Assembly: GCF_004010195.1 (NCBI RefSeq)
Contig: NC_057719.1
Span: 38,874,887 to 38,938,886, forward strand
Reading direction: 5' to 3'
Length of the DNA: 64,000 nucleotides
Source of the DNA: Chiloscyllium plagiosum
Taxonomy: Eukaryota
Shown: positions 14,415 to 26,480 of the stretch, piece by piece
Position numbering within the stretch: position 1 is the stretch's first letter
How the letters are laid out: each line of letters opens with the position of its first letter
Notes under the pieces: generated by a model
The model's database searches: none
The model's input: only the letters and a program-made list of their open reading frames with translations
Told to the model about the DNA's origin: nothing
Made by a program: the position numbers and the translations under genes

Positions 14415-14635
14415 GTTGAGGGACAGCGATCATAGAAGCATGGGAACACCATCACCGACAATTTCCTCCTCCAAGTCACACACCATCCTGACTTGGAATT
14501 ATATTAATGCCTTTAATCAAAATCCTGGAACTCCCTTCCAAACAGCACTCCGACTGCAGTAGCTCACTATCACATTGTTAAGCGGAATAAAGGCTGGCCC
14601 AACCACTGATGCTCACATCACATAGAAGAATAAAT
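14415..14635 (+). mobile_element. LINE 3' end (family of 45995-46940)
   Basis: CATCCTGACTTGGAA...AATCCTGGAACTCCCT...AATAAAGGCTGGCCC matches the 3' end at 46.7-46.9 kb. Confidence 0.65.
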
Positions 14636-15115
14636 TAAAAGAAAGCAAAAACAGAAATTTATATTTGCAATGAATTATAATGAAACTATTTTCATGTAAT
14701 TTATTGTGGTTAATAAAGAACAAGAGACTTTTGACAGCATTTAGCTAGAATGGATTGAGCTCAAGCCCTAGGTTGATCACCTAAGTATTCTATGAAAATG
14801 TTAACTATGAAATAAGGACAGTTGTTTTTTGTAGACAAATATATTGTTTGTATGATCTGAAATGAGTGAAATTTGCTAAACTGATGTATAAATAAAATGG
14901 CTGTTATAATTTAACATTGACCTGAGATTCCTACTTTGTAAACAAAAAACTAAATCTGAGATAGATGGGTAGAATTTAACAAATAGCATAATTATATGAT
15001 GTCCAGTATTGAAAGCACATTCTGTGATGATCTTGGTCAATGTCAATATAATTCATAGTCTGAGTGAGTTTCAAAATATGGAAAATGCATCCCGTTCTAC
15101 TCATCAATTAATTAT

Positions 15116-15322
15116 AAGAGAAAGTGATGACTGCAGATGCTGGAGTTCAGAGTCGAGAGTGTAGTGCTGGAAAAGCAGAACAGATGAGGCAGCATCTGAG
15201 CAGCAGAAGAATTAACATTTCGGGCAATTACTTCTGATGAAGGACTTGTGCCCAAAACGCCGATTCTCCAGCTACTTGGATGCTGCCTGACCTGCTGTGC
15301 TTTTCCAGTACTACACTCTCGA
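15116..15322. mobile_element. Short fold-back PLE-derived element with degenerate hammerhead
   Basis: Inverted arms at about 15152-15225 and 15250-15323; CTGATGA at 15234-15240; 14-bp TSD CATCAATTAATTAT (15102-15115 and 15323-15336). Confidence 0.85.
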
Positions 15323-16751
15323 CATCAATTAATTATCCACAGGGAATAATAAATTCTGAAATAATTAACTTATACACCCCTAATCAGCATAATATATTTC
15401 AGGACAACTTGGTCTTCTTACAGGAATCGCAAAGAACTCAAAAGATGAGTGATGACCACTACAAAATTAATGTCTCATTTTTTTCCAATGATTTATAAGA
15501 TAGCTGAAATATTGGATGTAGGATTAACCTTGTTTACTCATCAATCTCAAATTCATTATTGTATAATCCAACTACACATCCTGACACAGGTTCTACATCT
15601 TTAGACTTTGTAGCATTGTGAAATGGATCAAATACGGGAAAAAAAAATCAAGAAATGTTAACCTTGGTCAAAAAGCAAAATAATGTACAAGCTATGATAA
15701 GTTATGTTCAGCTAAAGCAGATTTGGCATCAATTCTAAGCATGGGAGGCTATTAATAGATGGAAAAGATTTCCATACTCAGTCAGCAAGCAGTGTAACCT
15801 CTGCATAAGAATGTTATAAGTTTGTGCAGCACACCATGTCTTAAGCACCCATCTAAAATGATACTTTGCTTATCAATTAATTTAATTTGCAGTTGAGACC
15901 AGTCCTATAGCAAGAATCCTTCTTACATTTCCTTCCTGGGGGTGCTGAGGTTAAATGCAAGACAAAGCTGTCATTCTAACTGAAATTATCTAACTCAAAC
16001 TGGACCTGAAACAGGAACCTCTTTGTGGTAGAATTGCACAATATCAACACTCAATTATTAGTTAGCATTAGAATTATTTATTGGATGTGTCACATTTCTC
16101 TGCTCCAAATATATTTTTTCTGAGTTCTAGAATGAAAAAAGTTATATTAAAACACTATAAGACTAATCAACTGAAGAAACATATAAAGGATCTTATTTTG
16201 AATACTTAGAAACAAAGGAACATGAGTAGGCCATTTAGCCTGTCAAGCCAGCATTGCCATTCAATTAGATTTGCATGAGAGGAGAATGCTGATTGTGTTC
16301 CTTTGACTTTGGTGTTTCTTGCAAATTGTGCAAGACACGAAGTTTCATCAAAACATGACGTTTTCAGCAACACTTTTCTTAGTCAAAAAGAGAAAGGATG
16401 CAATGTAAGGTTTAGGAAACTGAAGACAAACAGAGTCTTTGAAGAACACAAAGATAGTAGGAAAGAACTTAATCAAGGAATTAGGAAGGCTAAATGGGGC
16501 CATGAAATGTCTTTAGCAAACAGAATTAAGAAAAATCCCAAAGTGTTTTATACGTCTATAAGGAGCAAGAGGATAGCAAGGGACAGGATCTGTCCGCTCG
16601 GGGACAAAGGAGGGAATTTATGCAAGGAGCTAGAGGAAGTCGATGAGGTCGTTAATGAATGCTTTGCATCAGTACTCAAGAAGGAAGGGACATGGTGGAT
16701 GGTGAGTCTAGGGAGGAGTATGTTGATATTCTCGAGCAAGTCAATATAAAG

Positions 16752-17492
16752 GTCTCAAAGATGGCAACAGAGTAGCAGTGCAACATGAGCTGAGCTCATC
16801 TGCTCCATTTGCTTTCACTTTTTTCCTTCTTTCACTGTTTTCCTTTCTTTCTTTGATCTGTAGAGAGAGGGTTTCTGCAGGGTGTAAGAGGGTGAGCTCA
16901 GCAGATGGGACATTGAACTATTGTGGTGAGAGCGAGCCCGATGTGGCAATGAGAGAGGTCCCCCGGCATCTGTGGAAGTGTCTAGAGAAAGCAGGCTGAG
17001 GTGGTGATGAAGGCAGGGGAGATAGAGCTTATCTCTGGAGACAGCTCAGTTATGGAGGCAGCGGCGGCAATGGCACAGCAGCTTCATTGCATCTGTGGTA
17101 CGGCAGCAACTGGGGACCTAGATCGGGACTTTGGCAGTTAATGATTGAACCCAATGTGGAAACAGCGAGCCCAATGCAGTGGTGAGGGAGGTCCCCAGGC
17201 ATCTGTGGTGGTGGCGAAAGCAGGCAACCCAAGGTCTCCTAGAGAGCAGGCCAAAGCAAAGGAGATCGAGCTGTTGTAGGGACTATCATTTACTGTATAC
17301 TCAGCACAGTTAAGCACTTAGGAGGGACTGTAATGTTTAATTTTTAAACTTTGTTTTTTTATTTTTCTATTTTCTATCTAGGTACTTTTGATGGTGCCAG
17401 AAATGGCGACATTGTCCACTTTTCACTGTACTCAAGTTCTTCTATATTCCAGGGCAGGTGACAATAAAAGCTAATTCTAACTCTAGTTCTAT
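16752..17492 (+). mobile_element. Unclassified non-autonomous retroelement inserted in CR1
   Basis: Starts near AAGATGGC, has an internal imperfect duplication (about 16930-17050 and 17165-17280), and ends TTTTCACTGTACTC...GTGACAATAAAAGCTAATTCT. It interrupts the CR1 reading frame. Confidence 0.6.
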
Positions 17493-17608
17493 TAAAAAAA
17501 AAAGAGGTGGTGTAACACGTCTTAAAAAGCATTAAGATAGACAAATCCCCAGGATCTGATGGGATCTATCCAAGAATAATGAGGGAGGAAGGTCAAGAAA
17601 TTGCTGTG

Positions 17609-17815
17609 CTGAAAATGTGTTGCTGGAAAAGCGCAGCAGGTCAGGCAGCATCCAAGGAACAGGAGCATCAACGTTTCGGGCATAAGCCTGAAGAAGGGCT
17701 TATGCCCGAAATGTCGATTCTCCTGTTCCTTGGATGCTGCCTGACCTGCTGCACTTTTCCAGCAACACATTTTCAGCTCTGATCTCCAGCATCTGCAGTC
17801 CTCACTTTCTCCTCG
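17609..17815 (+). mobile_element. Short fold-back PLE-derived element with hammerhead core
   Basis: 81-nt inverted arms (17608-17688 and 17697-17777), a 3' tail, and a perfect 14-bp TSD AAGAAATTGCTGTG (17595-17608 and 17816-17829). Confidence 0.92.
17686..17717 (+). ncRNA. Minimal type I hammerhead ribozyme motif
   Basis: CTGAAGA-A-GGGC-TTAT-GCCC-GAAA-T-GTC. Confidence 0.7.
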
Positions 17816-18077
17816 AAGAAATTGCTGTGGCCTTGTATGACATCTTTAATCTTCTGGGAGAGGTCCCAGAGGACTGGAGACTAGCTTTGTTTAAGAAGGG
17901 GAGCAGGGATAATTCTGGAAATTATAGACTGTGAATCTTATGTCAGTGGTAGGGAAATAATTGGAGAAGATTCTTCGGGTATTTGCATGGAAAAATATGG
18001 CTTTGAACAGGGAAGGTCGTTCTCACAAACATGATTGAGTTTTTTGAGGAAGTGACAAATGATTGATAAGGACAGAG

Positions 18078-19570
18078 TCATAGCGATGTACAGCACAGGA
18101 GTAGATCTATCAGTCCAACTCATCCATGCCAACCGGATATCCCAACCCAATCTAATCCCACCTGCCAGCACCTGGCCCTTATCCCTCTAAACCCTTCCTA
18201 TTCATATACACATCCAGATGCCTTTTAAATGTTGCAATTGTACCAGCACCCCCACCCCCACTTCCTCTGACAGCTCATTCCATACATGTACCACCCTCTG
18301 TTAAAACGTTGCCCCATAGGACTCTTTTATATCTTTCCCCTCTCATCCTAAACCTATGCCTTCTAGTTCTGGACTCCCTGACCCCAGGGAAAAGACCTTG
18401 CCTATTTATCCTATCCATGCCTCTCATGATTTTGTAAACCTCTATAAGGTCACCCCTCAGCCTCCGATGCTCCAGGGAAAACAGCCCCAGCCTGTTTAGC
18501 CTCTCCCTATAGCTCAAATCCTCCAACCCTGGCAACATCCTTGTAAATCTTCTGAACCCTTTCAAGTTTCACAACAACTTTCTATCGCAGCCGCATCATG
18601 ACCTCCCAACTCCTGTACTCAATACTCTGAACAATAAAGGAAAGCATACCAAATGCCGCCTTCACTATCCTATCTACCTGCGACTCCACTTTCAAGGAGC
18701 TATGAACCTGCACTCCAAGGTCTCTTTGTTCAGCAACACTCCCTAGGACCTTACCATTAAGTGTATACAACCTGCTAAGATTTGCTTTCCCAAAATGCAG
18801 CACCTCACATTTATCTAAATTAAACTCCATCTGCCACTTCTCAGCCCATTGGCCCATCTGGTCAAGATCCTGTTGTAATCTGAGGTAACCTTCTGCGCTG
18901 TCCACTACACCTCCAATTTTGGTGTCATCTGCAAACTTACTATCTATACCTCTTATGCTCACATCCAAATCATTTATATAAATGGTGAAAAGTAGTGGAC
19001 CCAGCACCGATCCTTGAGAGACTCCACTGGTCACAGGCCTCCAGTCTGAAAAACAACCCTCCACCACCATCTTCTGTCTTCTACCTTTGAGCCAGTTCTG
19101 TATCCAAATGGCTAGTTCACCCTGTATTCCATGAGATCTAACCTTGCTAACCAGTCTCCCATGGGCAACCTTGTCGAACGCCTTACCTAAGTCCATATAG
19201 ATCACATCAACTGCTCTGCCCTCATCAATCCTCTTTGTTACTTCTTCAAAAAACTCAATCAAATTTGTGAGACATGATTTCCCACACACAAAGCCATGTT
19301 GACTATCCCTAATATCCTTGCCTTTACAAATACATGTACATCCCGTCCCTCAGGATTCCCTCCAACAACTTGCCCACCACCACCGTCAGGCTCACTGGTC
19401 TATAGTTCCCTGGCTTGTCCTTACCACCCTTCATAAACAGGGGCACCACGTTAGCCAACCTCCAGTCTTTCGGCACCTCACCTATGATTATCGATGATAC
19501 AAATATCTCAGTAAGAGGCCCAGCATTCACTTCTCTAGCTTCCCACAAAGTTCTAGGGTACACCCAATCA
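18078..19570 (-). mobile_element. Younger CR1 LINE (RT to 3' UTR) nested in the older CR1
   Basis: ORF 18582-19289 has 'KAFDKVAH', 'GVSQGSVLGPLLF' and 'KFADDTK'. Confidence 0.95.
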
Positions 19571-20699
19571 GGCCAAAAGATGTTGTCTATATGGCTTTTA
19601 GCAAGGTCTTTGATAAGAACCCTCCTGGCAGGCTGATACATTGGGATCCATGGTGAGATGATAAGATGGATACAGAACTAGCTTTTCAGACTGAAGATCT
19701 GTGGCCAGTAGTGTTCCAGAGGGATCAATACTGGGGACCCCTGTTGTTTGTAATACGCTATATAAATGATTTCAAAGCAGCCTGATTAGTAAGTTTGCAG
19801 GCAATACAAAGTTTGAGGGAATTGTAGATGGTGATAGTGGATGCTACAGGATATAGGTAGGCTGGAGACTTGAACTGAGAAGTAGTAGAAGGAGTTTAAT
19901 TGAGACAAATATGAGGGAATGCATTTTGGGAGATACAATGCAGAAGGGAAGTATACAGTAAATGGCAGTGTTATCAATGTTCAGATAGATCTTGGTGTAC
20001 AGGTCCAAATGTCTGAGAAAATGGTAACACAGTGGATAAGGTGTCCAAGAAGGCATATGCATGTTTGCCTTCAATGAGAGCAATAGAGTATGAAAATTGA
20101 CAAGTCATATTGCAGCTGTATAAAATTGTGCACAGTCTGTTCACCATGCTATCAGAAGGATGTGGAGCATTTAGAAAGGGTACAGAAACATTTTACCAGG
20201 TGGTGCTTAGTTTGGAGGGAATTAGCTATGAGGAGCGATTGGACAAACTTGGTTTGTTTTTATTTGAACATGAAAGGATAAGTAGTGACCTGAAAGAAGT
20301 TTACAAAATTATGAGAGGCATAAATAGAATGGATAATCTGTTTTTTTTTTTCTGAGGGTTGAAATGTCAATTACTAGGGTACATAGATTTAAGGTAGAAG
20401 GAAGTATGTTTAAAGGAAATGTGAGAGGCAAGTATTTTACATAAGTGTGGTAAGTGCCTGGAATATTTTGCCAGAGGAACTGGTGCAGGCGGATACAATA
20501 GCAATGTTTAAGAGGCATCATGGCATGTATGAATAGGCAGGGAATAGTGGGATATGGACAGTGTAGAAGCAAAATGTTTTTAGTTTAGAAAGGCATCATG
20601 TGTTGACACAAGTTTTGTGGGTCAAAGGGACTGTTCTTGCACTGGACTGTACTGTTCACTCAAGTTCTGTACAACTAAATAACTATTCAATAGATTGTT

Positions 20700-21200
20700 A
20701 CTATTCATCTACCTCAACTCTATTCTTCTGCATTATCTCCATATTCCTTAATGTCATACGTCAATAGATTTACGAAGACTAATGTCTTGATGCTCAATTA
20801 TTGGGCTTCCACAACCCTCTGAGTGAGAGAATTCCAAAGATTCATCACCAACTAAGTGAAGAAATTGCCTCTCATCTAAGTTTTAAACACCCTACCTCTT
20901 ACCCTTAGGTTATGTCCTCTTGTTTTAAACACATCAGCCCAGGGGAGCATCCTATTTGCATCCACCCCGTCATGCCTTGTAAGAATTTTATTTAATTAGA
21001 TTACCTCTCATTCTTTGAAATTGTAGGAAATAAAAACTCAGTTTCCTCAATCTGTCTTTATAAAACAATTCCTGGTTATAATTATAGGGATTAATCTGCA
21101 GTGCACTCTGTGGCAAGTCTATCATTCCTAAGATAAGGAGACCCAAACTGTACACAATACTCTAATTGCAGTCTCACCAAAGCTCTACACATTTGCAGAA
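20700..21200 (-). mobile_element. Degraded CR1 LINE 3' fragment
   Basis: 'RALVRLQLEYCVQFGSPYLRND' on the minus strand, followed by degraded 3' sequence. Confidence 0.8.
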
Positions 21201-23427
21201 AGACAACTTTATTTCTGTATTTATTGACAATACATTTCAGATTTCTGTAACACAAACCAGCCATGTTTTTATATTCCAAAATCTCATGTTATTGTTCTTT
21301 TGGATCAGCTATTTTTAATTGACACGATGATTTTCAAACAACAATCTTTGTGTGTGAAAATATGGTGTTAAATTTACATTTAGCTAAAGAGACTAGATCA
21401 GAGGTGAGTGGGCTACCAACTTTCTGCTATTAGGTGGCAGTTTGCTGATATATACCTGTATGCAGTTAATTTTGCCAGATGCTGCTTTAGGCAAATGATA
21501 ACCAATTGGAAATGTTCCAATTAGCATGTGGGACCCCAGTGAATCTGAAACCTGGTCAGTCTTTGTGGCAGACCTCTGGATAGGGAGGCATGCCAAGAAG
21601 TGGGGCCAGCAATCCACCAATACAGTTATTCCTTTGTTCAGTCATTGTACTGAAAAGCTATAGTCACAGCTACGGACTTATGGGCTTTCCTGTAGAGAAG
21701 CTCCAATCCAGAATGATGGTCTGGCAACGAAAGATTCTTCAAAGGGCATCTCCATCTTGAGGTACACTCTCTTTACCCTACCACTCCAGCAGTGCCTGCC
21801 TCTGACTAATCTTCCAGATTGGAAGACTTTCAGTCTAAGAAAGTTTCTCTACTTCCTTAATTAAACAACTAGCATAGGATTTGGCCACTAATTGACAACT
21901 TTCAAAACTGCATTGACGATCATTTAACAATGGAAAGTGGGATCAGGATGAACAAAATGTCCTGATGTCACAATTCTGATCCCAAAACAAAATAAAAATC
22001 CAGCACTTGGAATTAACCTGCAATTGGATTTTAAAAATTACAAAATGATTCTAGTCCTTTTCATGGACAATTCAATACCTTGTTATTTTCAGCTCCTCGT
22101 ACTGAGGTCTTTAACCCGAACAACAGTTTAGAAATATCAGAGATTACAGGGTATGCTTCACTGCATAAGAAACAAACATTCGTCATCAAGGTTCAAGTGA
22201 TATTTGATAAATAGGGAAGGGAATAAAGACATCTTTATTGTTTTATATCATTATGTATAGTAACATTTATTAGGATTGTATTTTCTATTCTTAATTTGTT
22301 TGTTCTAAATTTAAATAAATTGGGTTAGAGCCCAAGGTTCAGATGGTGGAGAATACTTCCAATCTGATTTTCAAAGACAAGAGGATCAAATGATGCATGA
22401 TTTTCTTTTCTATCTATTCTTAGACTATCCAGCATGTTTAACTACACAAACAGTGGTGATATGAGTCAATCAACTGAATGGATTGGATATTTTGAAGTGT
22501 GACACATACTTCCTCATATGCCATGGCTGCATTATTGAAATAATAAATATAATTATATGGTTGGCATATTATATTTTGACTTAAAGCACTATTCCAAAAA
22601 GAATGTATTGATTTACAAATTCTATTAGTGTTGTTTAATAGAGCTTTACTTTGACTCACTCATTTGTGCCTTTAATTAATTTATCATAACACAATGCTAA
22701 TTATACAAATTATGATCACTTTTTGCTGAACAAAATGACAGTGATCCTTTTTATAATTCATGTTAGAATTCTAAATGCTGTGCATACCCACTATCAATGC
22801 TCAGCTTGCAGAAACCTAGAAATAAATGATAGTGTCTGCTTCCAGAACTCTACATGAAGTTCAATACTTGGAAGAATTAAAAATTGTTGTATCTATTTTA
22901 GAAGAATAATCCATAACAATATATTTAATTTTATTTATTGATATTCAAGTCAAAATTATTTTAGTCAAATCTACTGAATAAAAAGGCAAGCCAGCTGTAC
23001 ATTTTAACATACAGAGCTGAATCTTACTTTTTTTGATTGCGTCAATTTTGTCAAATTCCACAGATGTCTTCCTTGTGAGATGGCCTAGTGAGATCTCTGA
23101 CTGCATCTTACCAAACTTGCTTCATTACTTACCTACACCATTCCACCATGTTCCTCTTGTCTGATCTTAGCCCCAATTTACTGCCAGCTGTTCCCAGAAA
23201 AACTCTGCACCCACAGGATATCTATTGAAAGACCAGCATTCCTGGTGCCATAGCTTCTTTAAAAGGCCAATGTGCACCCAGACGAGTATTGGCATTCTGA
23301 GACTTCATTACTTGGTCAAGGACATTATTTTTGAAAATGTCTGAAAAGAGAAGTGGCATGGTGATTGTCTGACAGGGATCTGTAGGTCATTGTCCAAGAT
23401 GACTTTCAGAGGATTTTTTTGTTTAAA

Positions 23428-23510
23428 GATTTTTAGATTTTGTTGTCACGTGTATTCATGTACAGAAGTACAAGAGGACACTGAAAAGTGTATAAAGCAA
23501 TGCCACCAGG
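23428..23510 (-). repeat. 3' end of the 16752-17492 element family
   Basis: Reverse complement reads TTTTCAGTGTCCTC...CACGTGACAACAAAATCTAAAAATCT. Confidence 0.5.
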
Positions 23511-23965
23511 CTTGGCAGCCTGGTCCAAGCTCAATGCTGTTCTTACATTCTGGATGAACAGCCAGCAATACCACAAGAAGATCAATGAACTTCTCCACTC
23601 TGCCAGGGCAAGTGCTACACTCTTCTCTGCTACTTCACATTCACTCTATCTCTGCTATGTACCCAATCCCACCAAGGCTCATGCTGTACCACTCCTACCA
23701 TTGCATGTAATATCTTCCTTCACTTGCTCTCATTGGTCACACACCACCAACCCTCCAGATCACTTGCTGAGCCACTTCATCACCTGTAGCTCAGCTGCAA
23801 CAGAATCAATGGCTGTTCCACCCATTCTTGTCTCACTCAATCCCCCCATCTTTCTCATTACATGAGAAAACAGCCTAGAACAAGCTAGAAAGAGCAAGGA
23901 TGGACAGTGCAGTTCCTGGTATCAGCCTTCTCACCCTGTGTGAGGATAGAATCTTGTCCCTTACA
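23510..23965 (+). pseudogene. PIF/Harbinger-like Myb/SANT gene remnant (two exons)
   Basis: 'AAWSKLNAV...NSQQYHKKINELLHSAR' followed by GCAAGT (decayed donor), a pyrimidine-rich intron, then 'EKTA*NKLERARMDSAVPGISLLTLCEDRILSL'. Confidence 0.5.
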
Positions 23966-24124
23966 AAACTAGATCATGACTGCTCCTGTACAGATACTGA
24001 GACATGCATGTCCCATAATTTCTAAAAGGGAAATTATGTTTAGCTAACTTGCTGGAGTTTTATGAAGAAGTAACACAAAGGCTCGATTATGCTAACACCG
24101 TTAATGTAGTGCACATGGACTTTT

Positions 24125-24240
24125 AGGAGATAAAATAAAGAAATGCAGGTGCTGGAAATTTGAAACAAAAACTGAAATTGCTGGCAAAACTCAGCACGTC
24201 TGGCAGCATCTGTAGAGAGAAAACAGAGTTAAGATTTTGG
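24125..24240 (-). repeat. PLE-tail repeat following a short CR1 fragment
   Basis: GCAGGTGCTGGAAATTTG...AAACTCAGCACGTCTGGCAGCATCTGTAGAGAG; CR1 'LTNLLEFYEEVT'-like sequence lies at 24020-24124. Confidence 0.65.
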
Positions 24241-24373
24241 CTATGGGGAGAAGAGCTGCAAAGCAGGAGTAAACTTGAAAAACATTTTTTAAAAACATGG
24301 ATTTTAAAAGCCATCTCAATTTCTCAACCATCAGGTCTCACACTTACACAACATCAGAGCTGCAGCTATATCT

Positions 24374-24665
24374 GGGCAGTACGGTGACCTCAGTGGTTAG
24401 CACTGCTACCTCACAGCGTCAGAGGTCCGGGTTTGATTCCATCCGCGGACGACTGTCTGTGAGGAGTTTGCACATTCTCCCAGTGTCTTTGCGGGTTTCC
24501 TCTGGGTGCTCCAGTTTCCCCCACAGTCCAAAGATGTGTAAATTAGGTGGATTGACCGTAGGAAATGCAGGGTTACAGGGATGGGGTGGGCTTCTATTCA
24601 GAGGGTTGATGTGGACTTAATGGGTCAAATGACCACTTCCACACTGTAGGGATTCTATTCTATGA
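24374..24665 (+). mobile_element. HE1-type V-SINE
   Basis: tRNA-like head with A/B boxes (CAGTGGTTAGC, GGTTTGATTCC), V-domain GGAGTTTGCACATTCTCC..., and a LINE-derived tail ATTCTATTCTATG. Confidence 0.9.
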
Positions 24666-25476
24666 AATGTTAGCAGAGGGGGAGAGAAGGGCCACAACCA
24701 GGAGGTCAGGATTTGGAAAAGCTGCAACATGAAAGCTGGGGAGGCAGAAGTTCATAACATGGAGACGGTGGACATCTCAACTCAGAATTAAGGGAGATAA
24801 AAGAACACAGCATGGAATATAGGAGCAAGGGAGATGCCAATCAGATTGCACAGGTAATGATGTTAAACTAATCTTGCATGCTCAATGAGACTTCACTCAC
24901 TACTAATTTAACAATGTTTTGGTTTAGCAATGTTAAACAAGGCAACTTTAAATGAGAACTTACTGTAGCTGTAAGTTAGATTGCTATAATTTCACTTGTT
25001 TTCTAGTTACTAAACTCTAGTTGAAATAACTTTACCAGGTTCTGCCTTGACTGAGGAATATCCATACTTATAATTTCTGTTTTTTAAAACTTGCATAAAG
25101 TGAGTGTTGGGAAAAGTTTAGCTGTAGAAATTGATGTATTATTGTCTGTATTATTGACCAGACATTTAAGACAATTCCATGACATTACAACATATGATGT
25201 TGCAGTACTTATTTTGCTTTCAATCACTCTGTCACTGTAATGGAGTCAGTGTACTGTGTTCAGTCAGTTATGTATATATAAAATGTAATATCAATAAAAA
25301 CAAAGCCCAAACTATATAGAAGTTTCTGATAGGATAGCAATATAAATCATTATTGTGGTTAATAAACTTCAAGACATCTGTTTCAACAAGAACTCAGACT
25401 TCATGAGCTAACATATAGAGAAGCATTCAGATCATATACTGGCAGTGGTGTTTGATTCAAGAAACCACTTTATGGT

Positions 25477-26480
25477 TCAAAGTTTGTGCGAAGATTTGTA
25501 GCTTGGGTGCTCGTTGTTGTGGTTCTGTTCGCCGAGCTGGAAGTTTTTGTTGCAAACGTTTCGTCCCCTGGCTAGGCGACATTATCAGTGCTTGGGAGCC
25601 TCCTGCGAAGCGCTTCTTTGATGTTTCCTCCGGTGTTTATAGTGGTCTGTCACTGCCGCTTCCGGTTGTCAGTTTCAGCTGTCCGCTGTGATGGTTGGTA
25701 TATTGGGTCCAGGTCGATGTGTTTGTTGATGGAGTTTGTGGATGAATGCCATGCCTCTAGGAATTCCTTGGCTGTTCTGTCTGGCTTGCCCTATGATAGT
25801 AGTGTTGTCCCAGTCGAATTCATGTTGCTTGTTGTCCACAACCAAGAGGACTAGCCACACTACCATACATCAGGAGCATCTCAGAACTGACAGCCAGTCT
25901 ACTGCGACCCCTAGGACTCATAACGGTACACGAACTAACAGCCACGCTCAGACAACAACTCACCAGAACGAAGGACCCGATACCCAACATGAGCAAAGAC
26001 CCGATACCCAACATGAGCAAAACTAATGTAGTGTACAAAATACCATGCAAGGACTGCACATATAGGACAAACAGGAAGACAGCTAACAATCCGCATACAT
26101 GAACATCAACTAGCCACGAAACGACACGAGCAGCTATCCTTAGTAGCCACACACGCAGACAACAAGCGACATGAATTCGACTGGGACAACACTATTATCA
26201 TAGGGCAAGCCAGACAGAGAACAGCCAGGGAATTCCTAGAGGCATGGCATTCATCCACAAACTCCATCAACAAACATATCGACCTGGACCCAATATACCA
26301 ACCACTACTGCGGACAGCTGAAACTGACAACCGGAAATGGCAGGGACAGACCACTATAAACACCGGAGGAAACATCAAAGAAGCGCTTCGCAGGAGGCTC
26401 CCAAGCACTGATGATGTCGCCTAGCCAGGGGACGAAACGTTTGCAACAAAAACTTCCAGCTCGGCGAACAGAACCACAAC
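25477..26480. mobile_element. Penelope-like element (Penelope/Poseidon type), truncated, with inverted 3' ends
   Basis: GIY-YIG remnant 'NVVYKIPCKDC..IGQTGRQL..RIHEH...REFLEAWHS' on + (25841-26480), an inverted copy at 25477-25840, and a 14-bp TSD AACCACTT(T/C)ATGGT (25463-25476 and 26481-26494). Confidence 0.93.
26405..26444 (+). ncRNA. Minimal type I hammerhead ribozyme motif
   Basis: GCA-CTGATGA-T-GTCGCCT-AGCC-AGGGGAC-GAAA-C-GTT-TGC, with stem I GCA/TGC. The mirror copy at 25552-25591 (-) has CTGATAA (core mutated). Confidence 0.8.

Larger units (their letters stand above)
16385..20660 (+). mobile_element. Old CR1 LINE split by three nested insertions
   Basis: Collinear ORF2 pieces at 16385-16750, 17500-17608, 17816-18077 and 19575-20660 ('LANRIKKNPK', 'DKSPGSDGIYPR', 'GNYR', 'DLKEVYKIMRG'). 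Confidence 0.85.

Noticed and set aside
17608..17777. Hairpin as a pre-miRNA or DNA-transposon MITE
   Set aside because: The 14-bp TSD, one-sided tail and homology to PLE termini indicate retroelement origin.
23020..23345. Possible minus-strand exon (CTTCTCTTTTCAG acceptor, GTAAG donors)
   Set aside because: All three frames hit stops before the donors.
24374..24450. tRNA-like sequences (also at 37574 and 63432)
   Set aside because: These are SINE heads followed by the V-domain, not tRNA genes.
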